From NCBI GenBank assembly GCA_964016885.1, contig OZ024742.1, positions 217,186,001-217,250,000 of the forward strand: a stretch of 64,000 nucleotides of DNA, in the 5' to 3' direction. Position 1 is the stretch's first letter. Every line of letters begins with the position of its first letter. Below, one piece after another: positions 27,301-42,457 of the stretch. Below the pieces are notes generated by a model. The model saw only the letters and a program-made list of their open reading frames with translations. It was not told where the DNA came from and searched no databases. The stretch is from Eledone cirrhosa (taxonomy: Eukaryota). The translations under genes and the position numbers were made by a program.

Positions 27301-28296
27301 ATGCAAAGTTATTTCTTGTTTACATTCTTATTTTATTTTTACAAATAAGAAATTAAAACAAAAATACATTTGACAATGGCTAATTTCTGTTATTATTTAT
27401 TTTAGGATTTGGCAGAATCTATAAAACATAGGACAATACACCTTGCTAAATTTAGATGTGGCTTATTACATTCAGCTTCAAATCTCACCAGGTTGGACTG
27501 ACTTTCATCCTTTCAAAGACAATAGAATAAGTATCAGTCAAATACTTATCAATATATTTGATGTATATTCTAAATATGTTAGAAACCATTACAATTACTA
27601 TTAATATGACAAAGAGTACCCAGTCCACCCTGTAAAGAGGTTGTTTTGTTGACACAAAAACAAACACCTTGTCCACCCTGTAAGGTGGTCGTGCAGATGA
27701 CATGATGATAAATTACCCAGTCCAACCTGTCAGTGATTTTGGTGCCACAATAAAAAGTATCCAGTCCATGTTGTAAATATGGTTGATGTTAGGAAGGGCA
27801 GAAACAGTTCTGTATGAACAAGATGTGGTTAACTGATCTGACTTGTCTCACAATGGGACAACTTGTCTAAAAATAGACGTTAAACGATGATGTCATAGGG
27901 CGAAAGGCTGGCTCTTTGGATTCATTATGGCATATTCCCGCCAGACCTGACTTCTGCAGAAACACAAGTTTTTTTATATTTTTAAATATTTACTTATTTA
28001 TAAAAGGTTTTTTTTTTCTTGCCAGAATATGAAAAAAGACAGAGCATTTTAATTGAACAAATTTCTGATATTTTATTTGTATTTCTATCTAGAATTTGAA
28101 TGAATTCTTTTACTCAATAAATCATAAAAAATATTTGTTACTCATAAAATCATTAAAAATATTTGTTACTCATAAAAATAATGATATATGGTAAGAGAGA
28201 GAAAAAATCCTTTAAAAATTTTGGAAAATATACTATGGGTTTATAAACAGAAACTTTATGGAATTCAATGATTTAAATCTAAAGAATAACAATTTA

Positions 28297-28515
28297 ACCC
28301 TTTAGCATTTAAACCGGCCATATCCGGCCAGAATTCTCTCACCTCCTTCTATTCAAACTGGCCATAACCAACTGCTCATACTGATGTTAAGGTATTGTTC
28401 TCAAAAGAACATCAAAATCTCATAGATTCAATATTATGTGAGATAATAATGTAAGATAAAGCCTTTACTGCGAAAATATAATAGTCAATATAAAGTAATG
28501 TAAATGCTAAAGTTA
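28297..28515. mobile_element. piggyBac-type MITE
   Basis: ttaa ccctttagcatttaaaccggcc...taaatgctaaag ttaa. Confidence 0.72.
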
Positions 28516-28724
28516 ATTTGAATTATAACCCTTCTTGTTTAAATAAAACCTTGATATATGACCTTGACACAAATTTTTTTTCAAATAAGTTTATCTCAAT
28601 TTCATTTGATTCATTTCCGCTCTCTTTCATTCATTCTTTCCCTTTTCTTTAGATTATAATATCTATGATTGCAATTTGTTGCTCTTCAGTTTATTTACAT
28701 TTCATAGCATGAAAGATTCTCTGC

Positions 28725-28801
28725 TTAGGTGCCTTCAGTCATGAAGTTCAGGAGGGAATTATTGCAGGACCCACTTTGAGCAAGAAATCTACTCGCAGTC
28801 A
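28725..28801 (-). other. Candidate alternative terminal / poison exon of MBTPS1
   Basis: Long polypyrimidine tract + CAG (ccttttttcttcttctttatcag). In phase with the 43089 donor it reads (V)TASRFLAQSGSCNNSLLNFMTEGT*. AATAAA lies ~30 nt past the stop (28690-28695), overlapping a possible gtaaat donor. Confidence 0.35.
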
Positions 28802-31800
28802 CTGATAAAGAAGAAGAAAAAAGGTTGAAACAAAAAAGTTAAATTAAGTTAAAATTAATGATTCACTAAGATTATATAAAAAATTCTGGCTTTTCATTCC
28901 AAGAAAAGAGAAAAGTGTAGAAATACAATCTTTTGGTTTCAAGATAAAATAGAATCAATTCCATTTATGTTTTAATTATCAACATACTGGTATGAATAAG
29001 ATGAGTGGGTTTTGCAATACAGTATAACTTTATTTTCCTCACAAATCAATGAGAACCTCTACCCAGTCATTCAATCAGCTAGAAATAGCAGCATATTCTC
29101 TCAAATTCCACTTCACCATCTTAAAAAGTGAAAGGAAGGATACATTGTATAATGTAGTCCTAGATAAATTGTTTCTGAAAAGTAAAAAGCGAAGCTGTTC
29201 ACACCTGGAATGCAATCCATCTTAAGTGTTCTGGATCAAAGCTAAACTGCAGCTAAACAACAGCAATTCCATTTATCTTCATTCTGAGTCACCTTATCCA
29301 TGAGATCCAAAGTTCTTAGATTGACCTTCACCCACCTGTCAACTCTCTCCATCCGACAGAGAGATCTCGCACCCATTTTGGGGTGGGTGAGAGATGTCTT
29401 AACTTGTGAAAATGGGTATAGCTTTCATTATGTAAAATCTCCTCGTTTTGGGGCACTTTTTTTTCATGGTACTCTCTGTTTAGGTTTTTAGAGGTTGGCA
29501 GGTCTGCCTTCATATTCTCCACATTCAACTACAACAGTTTTTATCCTGCACACATTATCTCTTACATTACATGTCCCAAACAATGCAATCATCTCCTCTA
29601 TGCACACCATCCAATTTAAAAGAGAAGGCTATATAGAATAAGGTAGTCCAGGATATAAAAAAAGACAAGATAGTCACAACTAGAACATCTTTCATCCTAG
29701 GTCTAGGGTTAAACAATAACAACAGATACTCATCTACTTTCTCAGCTCCATTAGACTCAGCCTTTCATATGAACTAATGCTGCACATTTAATTTTCTTCA
29801 GCATTCATATAAAGATAACTAAATAATTAACTTTAAAAATTAATTAACTACTCGTATCTGCTGCAAATAATATAAAACTTTAAAAAATAACTGTATAAGA
29901 ACTATTCATGACAATTTTAAAAGGGTTAACTCATTCAAATAGATAAACATCAAGTTAGTGAAAACAGAATATTAGAAAAATTAAATATTAGATGATATTA
30001 AGTAGGATTGACACAGAAAGATGACTGTTTGGTGACAGAGTAATCAGTTGCCAGCTAAAATGTTTACCATTCTGAAATTTCAATAACCTTGTTTAATAAA
30101 CAGACAAGTGGACGGATTGACTGACTTGCATACACACATACGCACATACACACACGCACATACATTCACACACACTCAAACAATATCAATGATCCGATGC
30201 AAATTTGAAGGTAAACAAACCAATCTAAGACACAACAAACAATCTTCTAATTCAAAGTTCAACATAATCTTTTTAAAAGGCAAAAAAAAAAACGTAATAA
30301 TATATATATTTGTAATAAAAAAACAAAAACAAAATCATTAATAATTATTTTCACACATAATTGAAATGGAAGTCAAGCATCAAATATTTTTATTTATTTC
30401 AACTGAAGAAATTCATTTTGCAATCACCTGGTTCTGGGTTTGCTCTTGATGTGCAGCACATTGGACAAGTGCCTTTAACAGTAGTGTGTGTGTGTCTGTG
30501 TTCTGCCAATATGTGTCAGCAAAATATGTAAACATCAGCAAGTGTTTGAAATGAAGAGATTTTATGGTATTTGTTCCAATCAAATTGCAGAGACAGCCAG
30601 TCTTGTCACTTTTGCAATCATAAATACAGTGATCTAGTGATTGGCCTGTTAGAAACTGATAACCAACAATACTATTGTTTACAACGTGTACAATAAAAAA
30701 TATCAAATATAAACTATTTGCAGTCTGTGATTGATACCCATTAATGGTTGGTTAATTAGAGCTAATAACTTCATGAGAAAGAAATGAGGGAATGAGATCT
30801 GTAGAAATTCAGTTATTTCCCAAGGACTGAAAGCTGATTTCCCACAATGCTTTCCCACAATGCTTTTTCCATGACAAAAAGCACGAAGTGCACCCTGTAT
30901 GCTGATCCGATGCCACAACAAAAACACGCAGTCCATCCTGTAAGTTGGTCGTGTTTGTGACACAAGAAAAAGCGCCCAGTCCACACTGTAAGGTGGTTGT
31001 TTCTGTACCACGATAAAAAGCACCCAGTCCATACTGTAACATTGTTGGAGTTTGTAAAGGCATCCAGCTGTAGAAACGAAGCTAAAATACAGATCTATAG
31101 GAGCATGATGTGGTGGTCTGGGCATGACTTGTCTCATAACATGACAACCCGTCTAATCTATGCAAGTGTGGAAAAATGGACATTAAACAATGATGATGAT
31201 GTAAGCAATGTAAGTGAAATGAGGCATATGTAACCAGGTATCAAAACTCAGTGACAAAACCAGTTCACTAGAAACTCATTTACTTCAACCCTACAGTTAG
31301 CTGTGAGGTATTAAATACAGAATTGGTAATTTTCAATGCAGGTGAGAGGTGTCAATCGTCTTGGTTTAGATTGATTTAGCTGATAAGTGAAGCTCACGCC
31401 ATATACTAAAGAGATTTAGTCACATTGGTGAAGTGAAATGGCTGCAACCACAAATATATTACATTTTTAGTAGTTTAGACCAGTGATGTACAATATGGTC
31501 CAAATGGTTTTGGTGGGCCAGGGCACGTTTTATATCATATTATATTGCATAATACAATTAGAAGGAAATTTCATATTTAGTGGATTACTAAGTTTTCCTA
31601 ATGAATTTTATGGACCACCTTCTAAAAAATGTCATGTATCATTAGCTTAGACATGTAGTTCTTAACCATTTTTGCTCCAGGCCCAACCACAACACCTCAA
31701 AATTTGTTATGCCCTCTGTAATATATAAACATATTTGGTATTAAAATGGCAACATAATTTTTTTTTAAATTGCCTTAAAAAAATATTTGAATATGCACTC

Positions 31801-32889
31801 ATGTTCAGAAATACTGGCTTTGGCAGCAAAAAGAAGGGCATGCCGATGACCTCTGCAAAGCCTCCAAGAAGTGGGGAGGTGAGGAAAGAAATCCATGGTT
31901 CACAGGCTACTACAGTAAGAAGAAAGCAACACATCACAATCCTGAATTTTCCTCAGAGAGTGATCACTAGAAGCACACAAGAACCAGTTGTAACACACAC
32001 ATATTGTTCCAGATGTACCAGTTGTGACATACATATACATTGCTCCAGATGGACCATGCCTTGGTGATGTTGCTGCTAAAAACCAGGCAAAGGGTTAGGT
32101 CAACTACCCAAATACTTATAAAATAATTATAACAATACAGTTAGTTATAATTTATTTAGTATGCATAATGTGGTGAATTAAGAGAAGAATGGTGACTCAG
32201 TGTAATAAAAGTAAACATTACTGTCGATTTTATTACAGCTAACACCATCCAGCAAGACATATTTTACTTAGCAATAACTTTCCCTCATACTATCTCAATG
32301 TTAAAGAATTGTAACAACATAAATTGTTATACATAATATAACACAAGTTTATCTTTATTTCATATTCATATATTATAATAATGTCTTATTGAGGAGATGA
32401 GGTAGAAGAAAAGTACTTGTGCATTTGTTTTTAAATACACTCTTGCAGATATGTAGCAAACTATCTGAAGTTCCTTACATTACTCTCTAATTTTTTTGGT
32501 AACAGACCATGTCACCTCAATTATTTTTTTTATGTCAATCTCAGTATTTGCTGAATTAACAAAATTCAATGAAGATAAAATAACAAAAATAAAATAATGG
32601 AACTAAATCTAAATTTCAATACTAATCCAAGACTAATGCACTGCAACATACAGAAGCTAAGACTATGTACCAATAACAAAAATAAATGCTCATTATCCAA
32701 TGTATCCTTTCAGTAGGGTGTGTGATTTGAAAGAGATTTAGCTGTTATTTCAGCATAACTGGCAAACACTGGTCCTGTAAAGTGATGGTCATGAACTTTT
32801 ATGTACTAGAATTTTTTTCAACACGCTGCCGCATATGTGTATATGTGTGTGCATGTATGTATGTGCATATGTATACATTTATATGTATG

Positions 32890-33278
32890 ATGGGTTTGTC
32901 TCATTTGAGGCAAGTTGGGTTGGGTGACCATGTCTCATTCGTATAGGACTGTTTCTGGCTGGTTTTCTACGACTGGATGCCCTTCCTAACACCAATCACA
33001 TTTCCAGTGTGAGCTGGGTGCTTTTTGTCGTGATACCTACATGACCACTGGATGTTTTGTGGTACCAACAAAACTTTACAGAGTGAGGGTGGTATGGGCA
33101 ATAGTGGAAGGGAGGTGTAGGAGGTGTGGAGTGTATATTGGATTAAGCGGTGCCTACTGAATGTAAATTCAAGTCCGTGCACAAGGGAAGGTGGGTCTTC
33201 TGTATGACTGCATAGCGCCAAAGATCTCGATCCTGTGTCATTGTCTTAGAGAGGTTCAAGTGTGCAAGGTCAGCTTTT
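32890..33278 (-). mobile_element. RTE LINE 3' end with 3'UTR (family of 50303-53155)
   Basis: VIKADLAHLNLSKTMTQDRDLWRYAVIQKT C-terminus followed by the same UTR modules as 50370-50790. Confidence 0.8.
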
Positions 33279-33454
33279 ATCACAGACACACAACAATACA
33301 CACTCAGACATACATTTACACAAATACACATATATTCACACAAACACACACACACACACAGCATAGTAAATGAAACACCTGCCACTGTTTTGCTATAGTT
33401 TTTTTCACCATCCTCTTCCTTCCTTTTAGACACACATACTCCTACGTCAAAAGT

Positions 33455-35966
33455 ATCAACCCTGACTTCATTACAGTCACGGAAACTTGGGCACATCCCT
33501 TACTCTGTGATGGGGTTTTCAGCATAACTGGCTACAACCTGTTTCGTAAAGACCGCATTAATCGTAGTGGTGGTGGTGTAATGGTCTACGTTCGGTCAAA
33601 TTTGTCGGCAATTCCTTGTGTTGATTTGAACCAATCACAGCAGGAAGTTTTTTTTCTGCAACATACGTATGACCATGTCAACACTGCTACTTGGAGTTGT
33701 TTACCGTCCCCCAAATTACCATCAGGACACTCAACTTTGTGATATCCTCAGAGCTGCTGCCAGGAAGACAGCCACTTATGTTTTTATTGCAGGAGACTTC
33801 AATCACCCTGAGATTGACTGGGAAACCTTTCGTTGGCTGCCAAGTACAAATGACTTCCTTGAGCTAGTGCTGGACTCGAATTGGTCCCAAGTAGTCACCT
33901 CCCCAACAAGAGGTGACAACACTTTGGACCTACTCTTCACCACTACTCCTGAAACGGTCATTAGTGTTACTGCAGAGGAACCTTTAGGTGACTCTGATCA
34001 TGCTATGATCATTGCCAATCTATCCCTCATGGGCAGTAACAAGAACCACAACCATCTCCAAACTGCTCACTTTAACTGGAATAAAGCAGACTGGAACTGT
34101 TACTGCACCGAGCTGCAACGTCCAAACTGGCTTGAGTTCTATGACTCTGGAGATGTCAACACTGTACTCCAGAACATCCTGAGCTCAATATGAACAGCAT
34201 GTGCAGCATCAGTGCCATGTAAGCGGAAAAAACATCCCAAAAGTGCAATTTGGGAGACTGCAGCAGTCTGTCTTGCCAGAAAAGAACGTCGCAATGCTGA
34301 ATGTGAGTACAAACTGCACAAATCAGACATCAATAGGAAGAGGCGAAATAAATCGTCCAACCACCTCAAACAGGTGACAAAAAAGGCAGTGCTTCAATTA
34401 GCCTTGACAGTAAGGTGTTCTGGAAGTATGTTCACTCAAAGCAGAGGCCTCACTCTCCAGTTGGTCCTCTTCACAATCCCCACACAAGCCAGGTTACTGA
34501 CGACCCCAAGGAATGTACAGCGCTCATTGCTGAATGTTATGCAGGCATTTTCACTATTGAAGACCAGAGTGTACCGTCTCCACCACCTATGACACGGGAC
34601 TCTATTACAACCATGGAATTTACACCTGCAATGCTGCGACATCACCTAAAAAATAAACGCAACCATGCCTCTCCTGGTCTTGATGGTGTTACATACCTGC
34701 TTCTTAAACATGGTGGGTACTTCCTTCTGCACCAGCTATCACGCTTCTTCCAATTCTGTCTGAACAACAGTGCTACTCCAGAACAGTGGAAAACTTCCAG
34801 TGTCATTCCTCTGTTCAAAAAGGGTGACCGCACAATCGTCCAGTCAGTCTTACTAGTTGCATTGCCAAACTGATGGAATCCTGTGTCAGAGAAACACTTT
34901 GGAACTTCTGTAACTCTCAGTCTTATCCGGCCCTCGCAATTTGGATTTATCCCCAACTCCAGCTGCTGTGATCAACTTATCGAGTTTCTTGAAGACATCA
35001 CCCGGATCACTGATGGCAGCTCATGGGTGGATGTTGTTTACCTTGACTTTGCGAAAGCTTTCAATTCTGTGCTACACAAGGCTTATGGCAAAACTCTCTG
35101 CAATGGGTGTGAAGGATGATCTTTTTAACTGCTTGAAGTCCTTCATTCTCAGTCGAAGAGAGGTAGTCACGGTTCTGGGACAGCATTCCTCACCATATGA
35201 GATGTCATCTGGTGTACCACAGGGATCTGTTCTTGCCCCCCCCCCTTTTGTTTGTGGAATATATTAATGACATAGATGCTAACTTAAGGAATGCCACAGC
35301 ACTAAAGTACGCAGATGACATCAAGCTTTACCTTGAGATAAAAAGGACAGATCCTGAACACTATAGATCTTGCTTGCAGTCTGACCTTGACACAATGCAA
35401 CAATGGATCTCAGACTGGCAACTCAAGCTAGCTGTGGACAAGTGCACATACTCCCTCCACAGCACTAATATCAAGAAGTCTTCTTGTGAACGTGACCTGG
35501 GCATTACTGTCAGCAGTGATTTGTGTTGGACGAAGCACATCTCTAAAATTGTCAAGAGGGCTGGAGGGTGTCTTAGCATCACTCAGCAAGACCTTTGTCA
35601 GCCGCTCTCCAGCTATCTATTTAAGGCTGTACATGGCTATGGTGCAGCCACACTTAGAATTTGCATCACCAGTCTGGAACCCCTATCTTGCTCAGAGTTG
35701 CTGAAGCATGGAACAAACTACCTGCATCAGTTGTTAGCTGTCGAGACACTGCATCCTTTAAAACCTCCATGCTTCCCGAGATTCGCCAACACTACACCTA
35801 ATGTTCCCCTTCCACCCACACACACACATGTATATCATGACTCATACACTATTCACTTCCCTGACATTTGTATATTATTCTATGTACTATACATGCACCT
35901 TTGACGAGTTGTAGTGCACCTGAGCACTTTACACAATAATTTCATTATTATTATTATTATTATTAT
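33455..35966 (+). mobile_element. CR1-clade LINE, degraded (APE + RT)
   Basis: VYRPP, GDFN, TRGDNTLDL, GDSDH (APE); QFGF, YLDFAKAF, GVPQGSVL, KYADDIKL (RT); several stops/frameshifts; (ATT)n tail at ~35943-35966. Confidence 0.9.
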
Positions 35967-37409
35967 ACATTCACATAAATACACACACACCAACATTGTG
36001 TGATGGACAGAAGTTGCTCAAATTTATGTATAGATGGAACAATGTCAAAGATATAATCGAGATTGTAATTACTATCCATTATGGGAGATTACCACTTTAT
36101 TAAATAAACTTTTATTATTAATTTTTTTTTTTTCAATACAAACATTATCAAATATTTTTCTTTCTTTTTTTTAACACAAACATACATACTGAGGGCAATG
36201 AATATCTCTGAAGAAAAGCAACACAAGAGCAGCTTTAGTAATGCATAATATTTTCTTCAAAGCCAGTTAGATTTGCTTTGCCAATGCCCTAACTGGAATG
36301 AGCATCAAAGAGAATTGATAAAGGTGAAAGCTAAAAGTATTTACAATCTTGATTATATTTCAATAATGAAAATATTTAAAAAACAGAAGTATCCCTTTTG
36401 TTTTTTAATTGCATCTTCACATCTCCTAAGTGAAAATATTTAAAATCTTGATTATATCTCTGATTTATGACTATAAATCCACCAGTTGCACTCTTATTCT
36501 CAGTGGGTCAAGCAGCCGCATAATGGCTGGTTTGATGGTCACTTTGTTGTTGTTTAGCCCCAGGTCAGTTATGTTTGAGAAAACCCATTATCAAAGGTTC
36601 CTTTGTTGGTTTCATTATCATTGTGTTGTTAGTTTTGTTTAGCCTCTGGCCAGCCCTGATTAGCATATATCAAGGATATTCTAATCATGATTATCCCATT
36701 TGTTCATATGAAGGCCATTATATTAGCCAATGTGTCATTCCTTTGTATAAGACAGTAGGGTGTGACTTGAAGGAATATGGCTGATGTCTCAGTGATTTAA
36801 AAAGTTGGTTCTGTCGCTATGATAGTGTAAATATGACATGAATAAAGTTTTGCACATATATGTGTCTTGTCTATATATGCATGTGTTTTGTATGTGTGTG
36901 TGTGAGTCAGTGTATCTGTCTCTTTTCATATTTGTTTCTATGAGCATATCATAGTAACATGTGTGTATGTGTTTTATAATGTGCATGTGTATGGTGAATG
37001 TGCCTATATATTATTTGTGTGTGTGTGTGTATGAATCTGTTGTAAGTGTTGAATGTGTTTGCACAAGTTTGTGATTAGTCATGTGTGTTTTTCCTGTATA
37101 TGTGTTGAAGACTTGCATTTGTATGTGCTTGTGCACACTCATGTTTCTATTGTCTCTTTTCTATCAATGGCTGCAAATGACTTTTCTGTATTGATTTATA
37201 TAAGAAAAATATAACCATTCATTTTGAGGGTTCCAGTCCAAGAAATGTACTGGAAGTTATTTCAGGCAAAAAGGCTAGTTTTTTAAGTATATTAGTCAAA
37301 ATATTTTTACAATACAATAGACTACTTTTGCTAATTTCCAAGAACATACAAAGAGAAATATGAACAAAGATAGTATATAGATAAATATGTTTACATAAAT
37401 AGCATAAAT

Positions 37410-37450
<41 letters not shown>

Positions 37451-37571
37451 GTGTGTACTAGCAGGGAAAAGTTGACTGAAGAGAAAGGACTGTTCATTTT
37501 TCTAGGGTTTTTTTCCAGTGTCTTGTATACCCTCTTATTTTTATTCATATATATATATATATATGGAGAGA

Positions 37572-37755
37572 GGTAGTACACTGGAAGGTAATATCCATAG
37601 TGGTAGAGCACTCAGTCCATGGGACGAGTTAGGTAGAAGTGGTTACACAACAGTTAATTCACCATACCGAGAACAAATGTTTCACCTTAGAGCTGAGGAT
37701 CCGCTAAGGTGAAACATTTGTTCTCGGTATGGTGAATTAACTGTTGTGTAACCAC

Positions 37756-37760
<5 letters not shown>
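37572..37760. mobile_element. Second copy of the palindromic HHR element, opposite orientation, intronic, in (TA)n
   Basis: Reverse-complement match to 2843-3045; perfect 57-bp arms 37634-37690 / 37704-37760; flanked by (TA)n. Confidence 0.75.
37690..37725 (+). ncRNA. Minimal hammerhead ribozyme
   Basis: GAG CUGAGGA U CC GCUAA GG U GAAA C AUUU G UU^ CUC. Confidence 0.65.
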
Positions 37761-37830
<70 letters not shown>

Positions 37831-38218
37831 CCAAGCCAAAATCAGTTCTGTATGAGCAAGGCATGGTCATCGGACCTGGCATTGCGCACAACAGGTCAAC
37901 TCATCTACCCCATGCTAGTGTGGAAAGATGGACATAAAACGGTGATGATGATAATACGATTAAATATATATGTTTGGGTGCATAAATGAGTGAAACAAAA
38001 CTCAATACATGAGTGATGTGTGGTGAGAGGCAATGATATTCACTGAGTGATAAAAAAGTAATACTCGTCAAAGTACAGAGAAGATATAGGAATACAGTTT
38101 TATCCCGATGAAAAGCTTTTTCCATTTTAGCTAACATACGATATCACCACTTCATAAGTTAGACGAAACAGAAAAGCCCCTACATTGGGATAAAACCACA
38201 TTTATTTATATGTAAGTG

Positions 38219-38253
<35 letters not shown>

Positions 38254-39119
38254 TCTCCTGTTCAATATTTTCATGAACAGGATTGACATGCGCAGCCTAG
38301 TTGGAAGCAATATTATGACTGGCAGGTGTAGAATCAGTCAGATGGAATTTGCAGCAGACATGGTATTTCTTTAACTCTACAGAAGGTGATTACCGACTTG
38401 CACTTGATAGATTTGATGCCAAGTGCTGCTCGGCTGGAATGAAAATCAGTGCTGTGAAAACTAAGACACTCATCCTTTTAAGGAAGCCTACACAGTGTAC
38501 TCTACATGTGAATGGAGTTCCACTGAAGCAGGTAGAGAAGTTCAAATATCTTGGAGCCGTGTTTGTAAGTGGTGGAAGGAAGACAAAAGGCTGAATTAAG
38601 TGTAAAGATTGCAAAAGCGGGTGCAGTAATGCCCCAGCTTCAACATTTGGTAATTAGAAGCAGGTATGTGTAAAAGCCAAACTCGCTGGCTTCAATTCAT
38701 GCCAACCCTTACCTATGGCCATGAATCTGGGGTAATGACTGAAAGAATATGATTGTGAATAGAAGCAGCCAAAATGGTGTTCTTTTGAAGGGTCTTTGGA
38801 GTAACGTTACTCGATAAAGTGCATAGCTCGGAGATCAGATTCGGTCCAGGTAGATCACATTCCGGTACTATAGGCATGTCGTTAGAATATCTTAGGAAAG
38901 AATCGCTGGACAGATTTTATGGGGAAAATCCAACTAACAGGAGACTCGGGTGTAGACCCCAAGTAAGATGGTTGGTTAACATCCATAAGCTTGGCTGGTC
39001 TCACCCAGAGATCCAGCCAGATCAGTTGGAAATGGCTGCTTCTGATAGGACCCACAGGAAGGAATGTTTGAGGACTGCCTCCATGACCCTCTCAGGAATA
39101 AGTGGGCGAAGAAGAAGAT
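38254..39119 (+). mobile_element. Degenerate RTE LINE 3' part (second family)
   Basis: FADM, GMKISAVKTK, VEKFKYLG motifs; (GAA)n-type tail followed by (TA)n. Confidence 0.85.
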
Positions 39120-42039
39120 ATATATATATATCCATATAAGTGTGAAACCTGGTCATAAAATCTAAAAGTCAATAATGGTTTCTGATTGAGCCACATGGCC
39201 AACAATTTTGAGGAAGGTGAAAATCAATTAAATCAATCCCAGTGTGTTACTGATACCTCACCAGGATTTGAACTCAGAATGTAAAGGGACGTCACTATAT
39301 GCTGTAAAGCATGTTGTCTGATGCTCTACTGTGAGTTTAATTACAACAAAAATCTGAAAAAGAATACTTAGTCATCACTATCCCACTATCCCATCTATAG
39401 GAACCTGGGCGGTGTGAGAGAATGCTCTCTGGCATGCAGAACCCTAGGCATAAAATGGTGGTGGTGACTAACAATGGCACCCAGCTGAGCACAGGTGCTG
39501 AATAGACAGAAAAGATTTTTTTGGTTGACCTTATAGTAAGTTATAATGAAGTTCTTTACATACATAGACACACATACTGGCTCGCAATTACTGATACATA
39601 TAGTCATATACAGAGGAAGCTTACATACATATACAGAAATTTGTAAAGCTCTATGAGAATATACATACACATACATTTAAACACAAGTACCTCAGAAAGA
39701 GAGACAAGATTGCAAGTACACACACACAATCACACAAACACATATGCATATACATGTGGTTATACACATGGTCTATTTTATTTATATATATACACACACA
39801 CACACACACACGCTCTCAGACATATGTACATTTATATACAGAAACATATATATACACACACAAACACAGAGATAAAGCAGAAGAATTAACACAAATAGAC
39901 AACTGGAATAGATAGATGCCATGTAAAATAACTCCTTTAGCAGAGGTCAGGTAAGAGTGTTATTTGCTAAATATACTGCAATGCTATTTCAAATGTTATT
40001 TGTCTAGGTTATTTGCTGATGTTATTTGCCAAGCAATGTTATAGACACCAACAACATACTCACTAGAAGAAAAGAGAAAAGTGCAGTGAATAACATACTG
40101 AATGCCGACAATCATTAATGTCTGAATCTTTGGGGGTTTCGTTTAATGTTGGACTTTGAAAATCAAAAATAAAAAGTATTGGCACAGTTTATATGGCTTA
40201 GAAAACCAGAGAGGTAACCAAGAGGTTGATGTTCCTAATAAAATCAACTTCCAAGCTTGTTGCATTCATTACAGAAATATTTAACTCTCACCGTCCAGCT
40301 GTACCTAATGTTAAACGTTACTATTGTTTAGCACACACACCCATTTCCTTCTCCAAAGTCAGCCCTCACAGTGCAAACATTATGATCAAAAGCATACCAC
40401 GTTGGCTATTCAGATTACCCCAATTCCCAAGTCAGCCATCACTGTGCAGACCTTGTGATCAAAGATGTACTCTTGGCTATTCATTCTCCACGGCATTGTG
40501 TATCTCGGACAATATAGTCCTTCTCTTAAGATGCTATGGTGTAGTTTGAGTGAGATTTGGCTGCTACATCTAGCAAGTTAAACAACCATATAGAAATCCT
40601 TTTATTAGCTTGCCTGAGTATCAACAGGTAACAGACAGTATATTTCAGCACTATATGCAGCAACAGTAATGTGGAATTAACGAACATTATTTCATCAGCT
40701 TGCAGTACTGAATTCAATTCTCCTACTTGCAGTAGGCTTGCATCCCATACAAGGTGACATTTATTTCTCATCTTTATACTATGGATCCAGAAGAATATTT
40801 GCTGAGCAGGTTAAATCTAAATGTTCAATGAGTGCTTCAATGCCATAGATGTTTCCAAGTAAAGCTGATATAGGACACAGTAAGTAGAAAAGTTTTGTTA
40901 TCCCTTACTATGTTAATCAGATTCCTCAAATATTCAGCTAAGATATAGAGAAGGCAAAGTCAATGTTATTGTATTTCTAACTAAAAAGCCAATCAGTCCA
41001 CCTCACTGAAAATAAGAAACAAAGCTTATTGCAGTCAAGAGCAGAAATACTGCAATTCATGTGAATTTTGTTCAGTGACATTGATGAGTTAAAGAGTTTG
41101 TATTAGCATGCAGAAAATAATGAAAACTCATCCCAGTGTATTGTTCCATGGAAATCTTACAGATAAACAATCTATACAAACACCAGAAGACATTAATGAC
41201 ATTTGTTTGTCTTTTTTAATTAAAACTTTGACATTTTAGCAGGATGTGTTGCTAAAACAAGGAACAATATCTAACATAGAGGTTCATTCAAATACCAGTA
41301 TCTTCTCCACTAACAAAAACAAAACAAAAGGGGTATAAATATAATTTTGGCACAAGGATGAATGTGTAGTTTGCTTCAAGTTTGATCCCACTATATTGCA
41401 CTTTGAGCAAGTGTCTTCTACCAGAGCCTTGGGCCAATCAGACTTGTGAGCGAAATTTGGTAGACAGAAGTTGTTTTTGTTCAAGAGTGGTAAACTTCAT
41501 CCATCACGTGGTTTGACACCACCACCTGGCCCTTGGCTACTTTTACTGCAATCTTTGAAGTCATGTCTCAAAGCTGACAATAACTCCCTCCTTTCATCCC
41601 ACCAAACATGAAGTTCCTGAGGAGAGTCAAGCAATGTGCACATTGTATGATGATCAACCTCATTTAACATCCATTTTCCCTGCGAGCAAGGGTTGCATGG
41701 ATTGTCCCAAACCAAGTCAGTACTTAAAGCTACTGACCTCTCAGATGGGCTTGGAGCCCGCATCTCGCTTACATATAATCCCACACACTACTAAGTGTAT
41801 TTTAATGTGGCACCAGCACTAGAGAGGCTGTCATGTATTTGGCACAACTGAAAAGTCCTCCTGACCCTTTGTGATAGAGGTGTTCTATGGCTGGATGTCC
41901 TTCCTATTACCAACCATTATCATGTCACGACCACCAGAAAGGTTAAGTCCTTGACACAACTAGAAAATGTTCTCAACCCTATTTTTGGAATTTTTTTATA
42001 GCTGGAAACCTTTCCTATCACAAACCACCTTAAGAATGA

Positions 42040-42457
42040 AAAGTGCAATGTTGCATGGCAATGAGATATGTGGTGAATGCAGAAGATATGCGACTGTTGG
42101 AAATGAAGCAAGCATGCTCCATTGAGTTTGTAATATTAATGTGTATGAATAAGCTGAGAGAAAAACTGGGTATAAAAAATCAGATGTGTGCAAGAGAGAA
42201 TACTGTATAGGTGATACATATGGATGATGAGTATTGGTTAAAGAATTGTCGTGAGATAATGGAAGGAAACCACGGTAGAGGAAGATTGAAGAAGACCTGG
42301 GCAAAAATTGTGAAAGTTAATCTCGAAATGCTGAACTTCACAAAGAAGATGACAAAGGAACGCAACAAAGGGACACAATGAGTGAAGGCATGCTATGCTG
42401 GAGAAGACCCATCAAACCCATGCAAACATGGAAAAACAGCCATAAAATGATGATGAT
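42040..42457 (+). mobile_element. Degraded RTE LINE 3' end (family of 20926-22878)
   Basis: gcagaagatatgcgac..aaatgaagcaagcatgctcc homology and (GAT)n tail. Confidence 0.75.
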
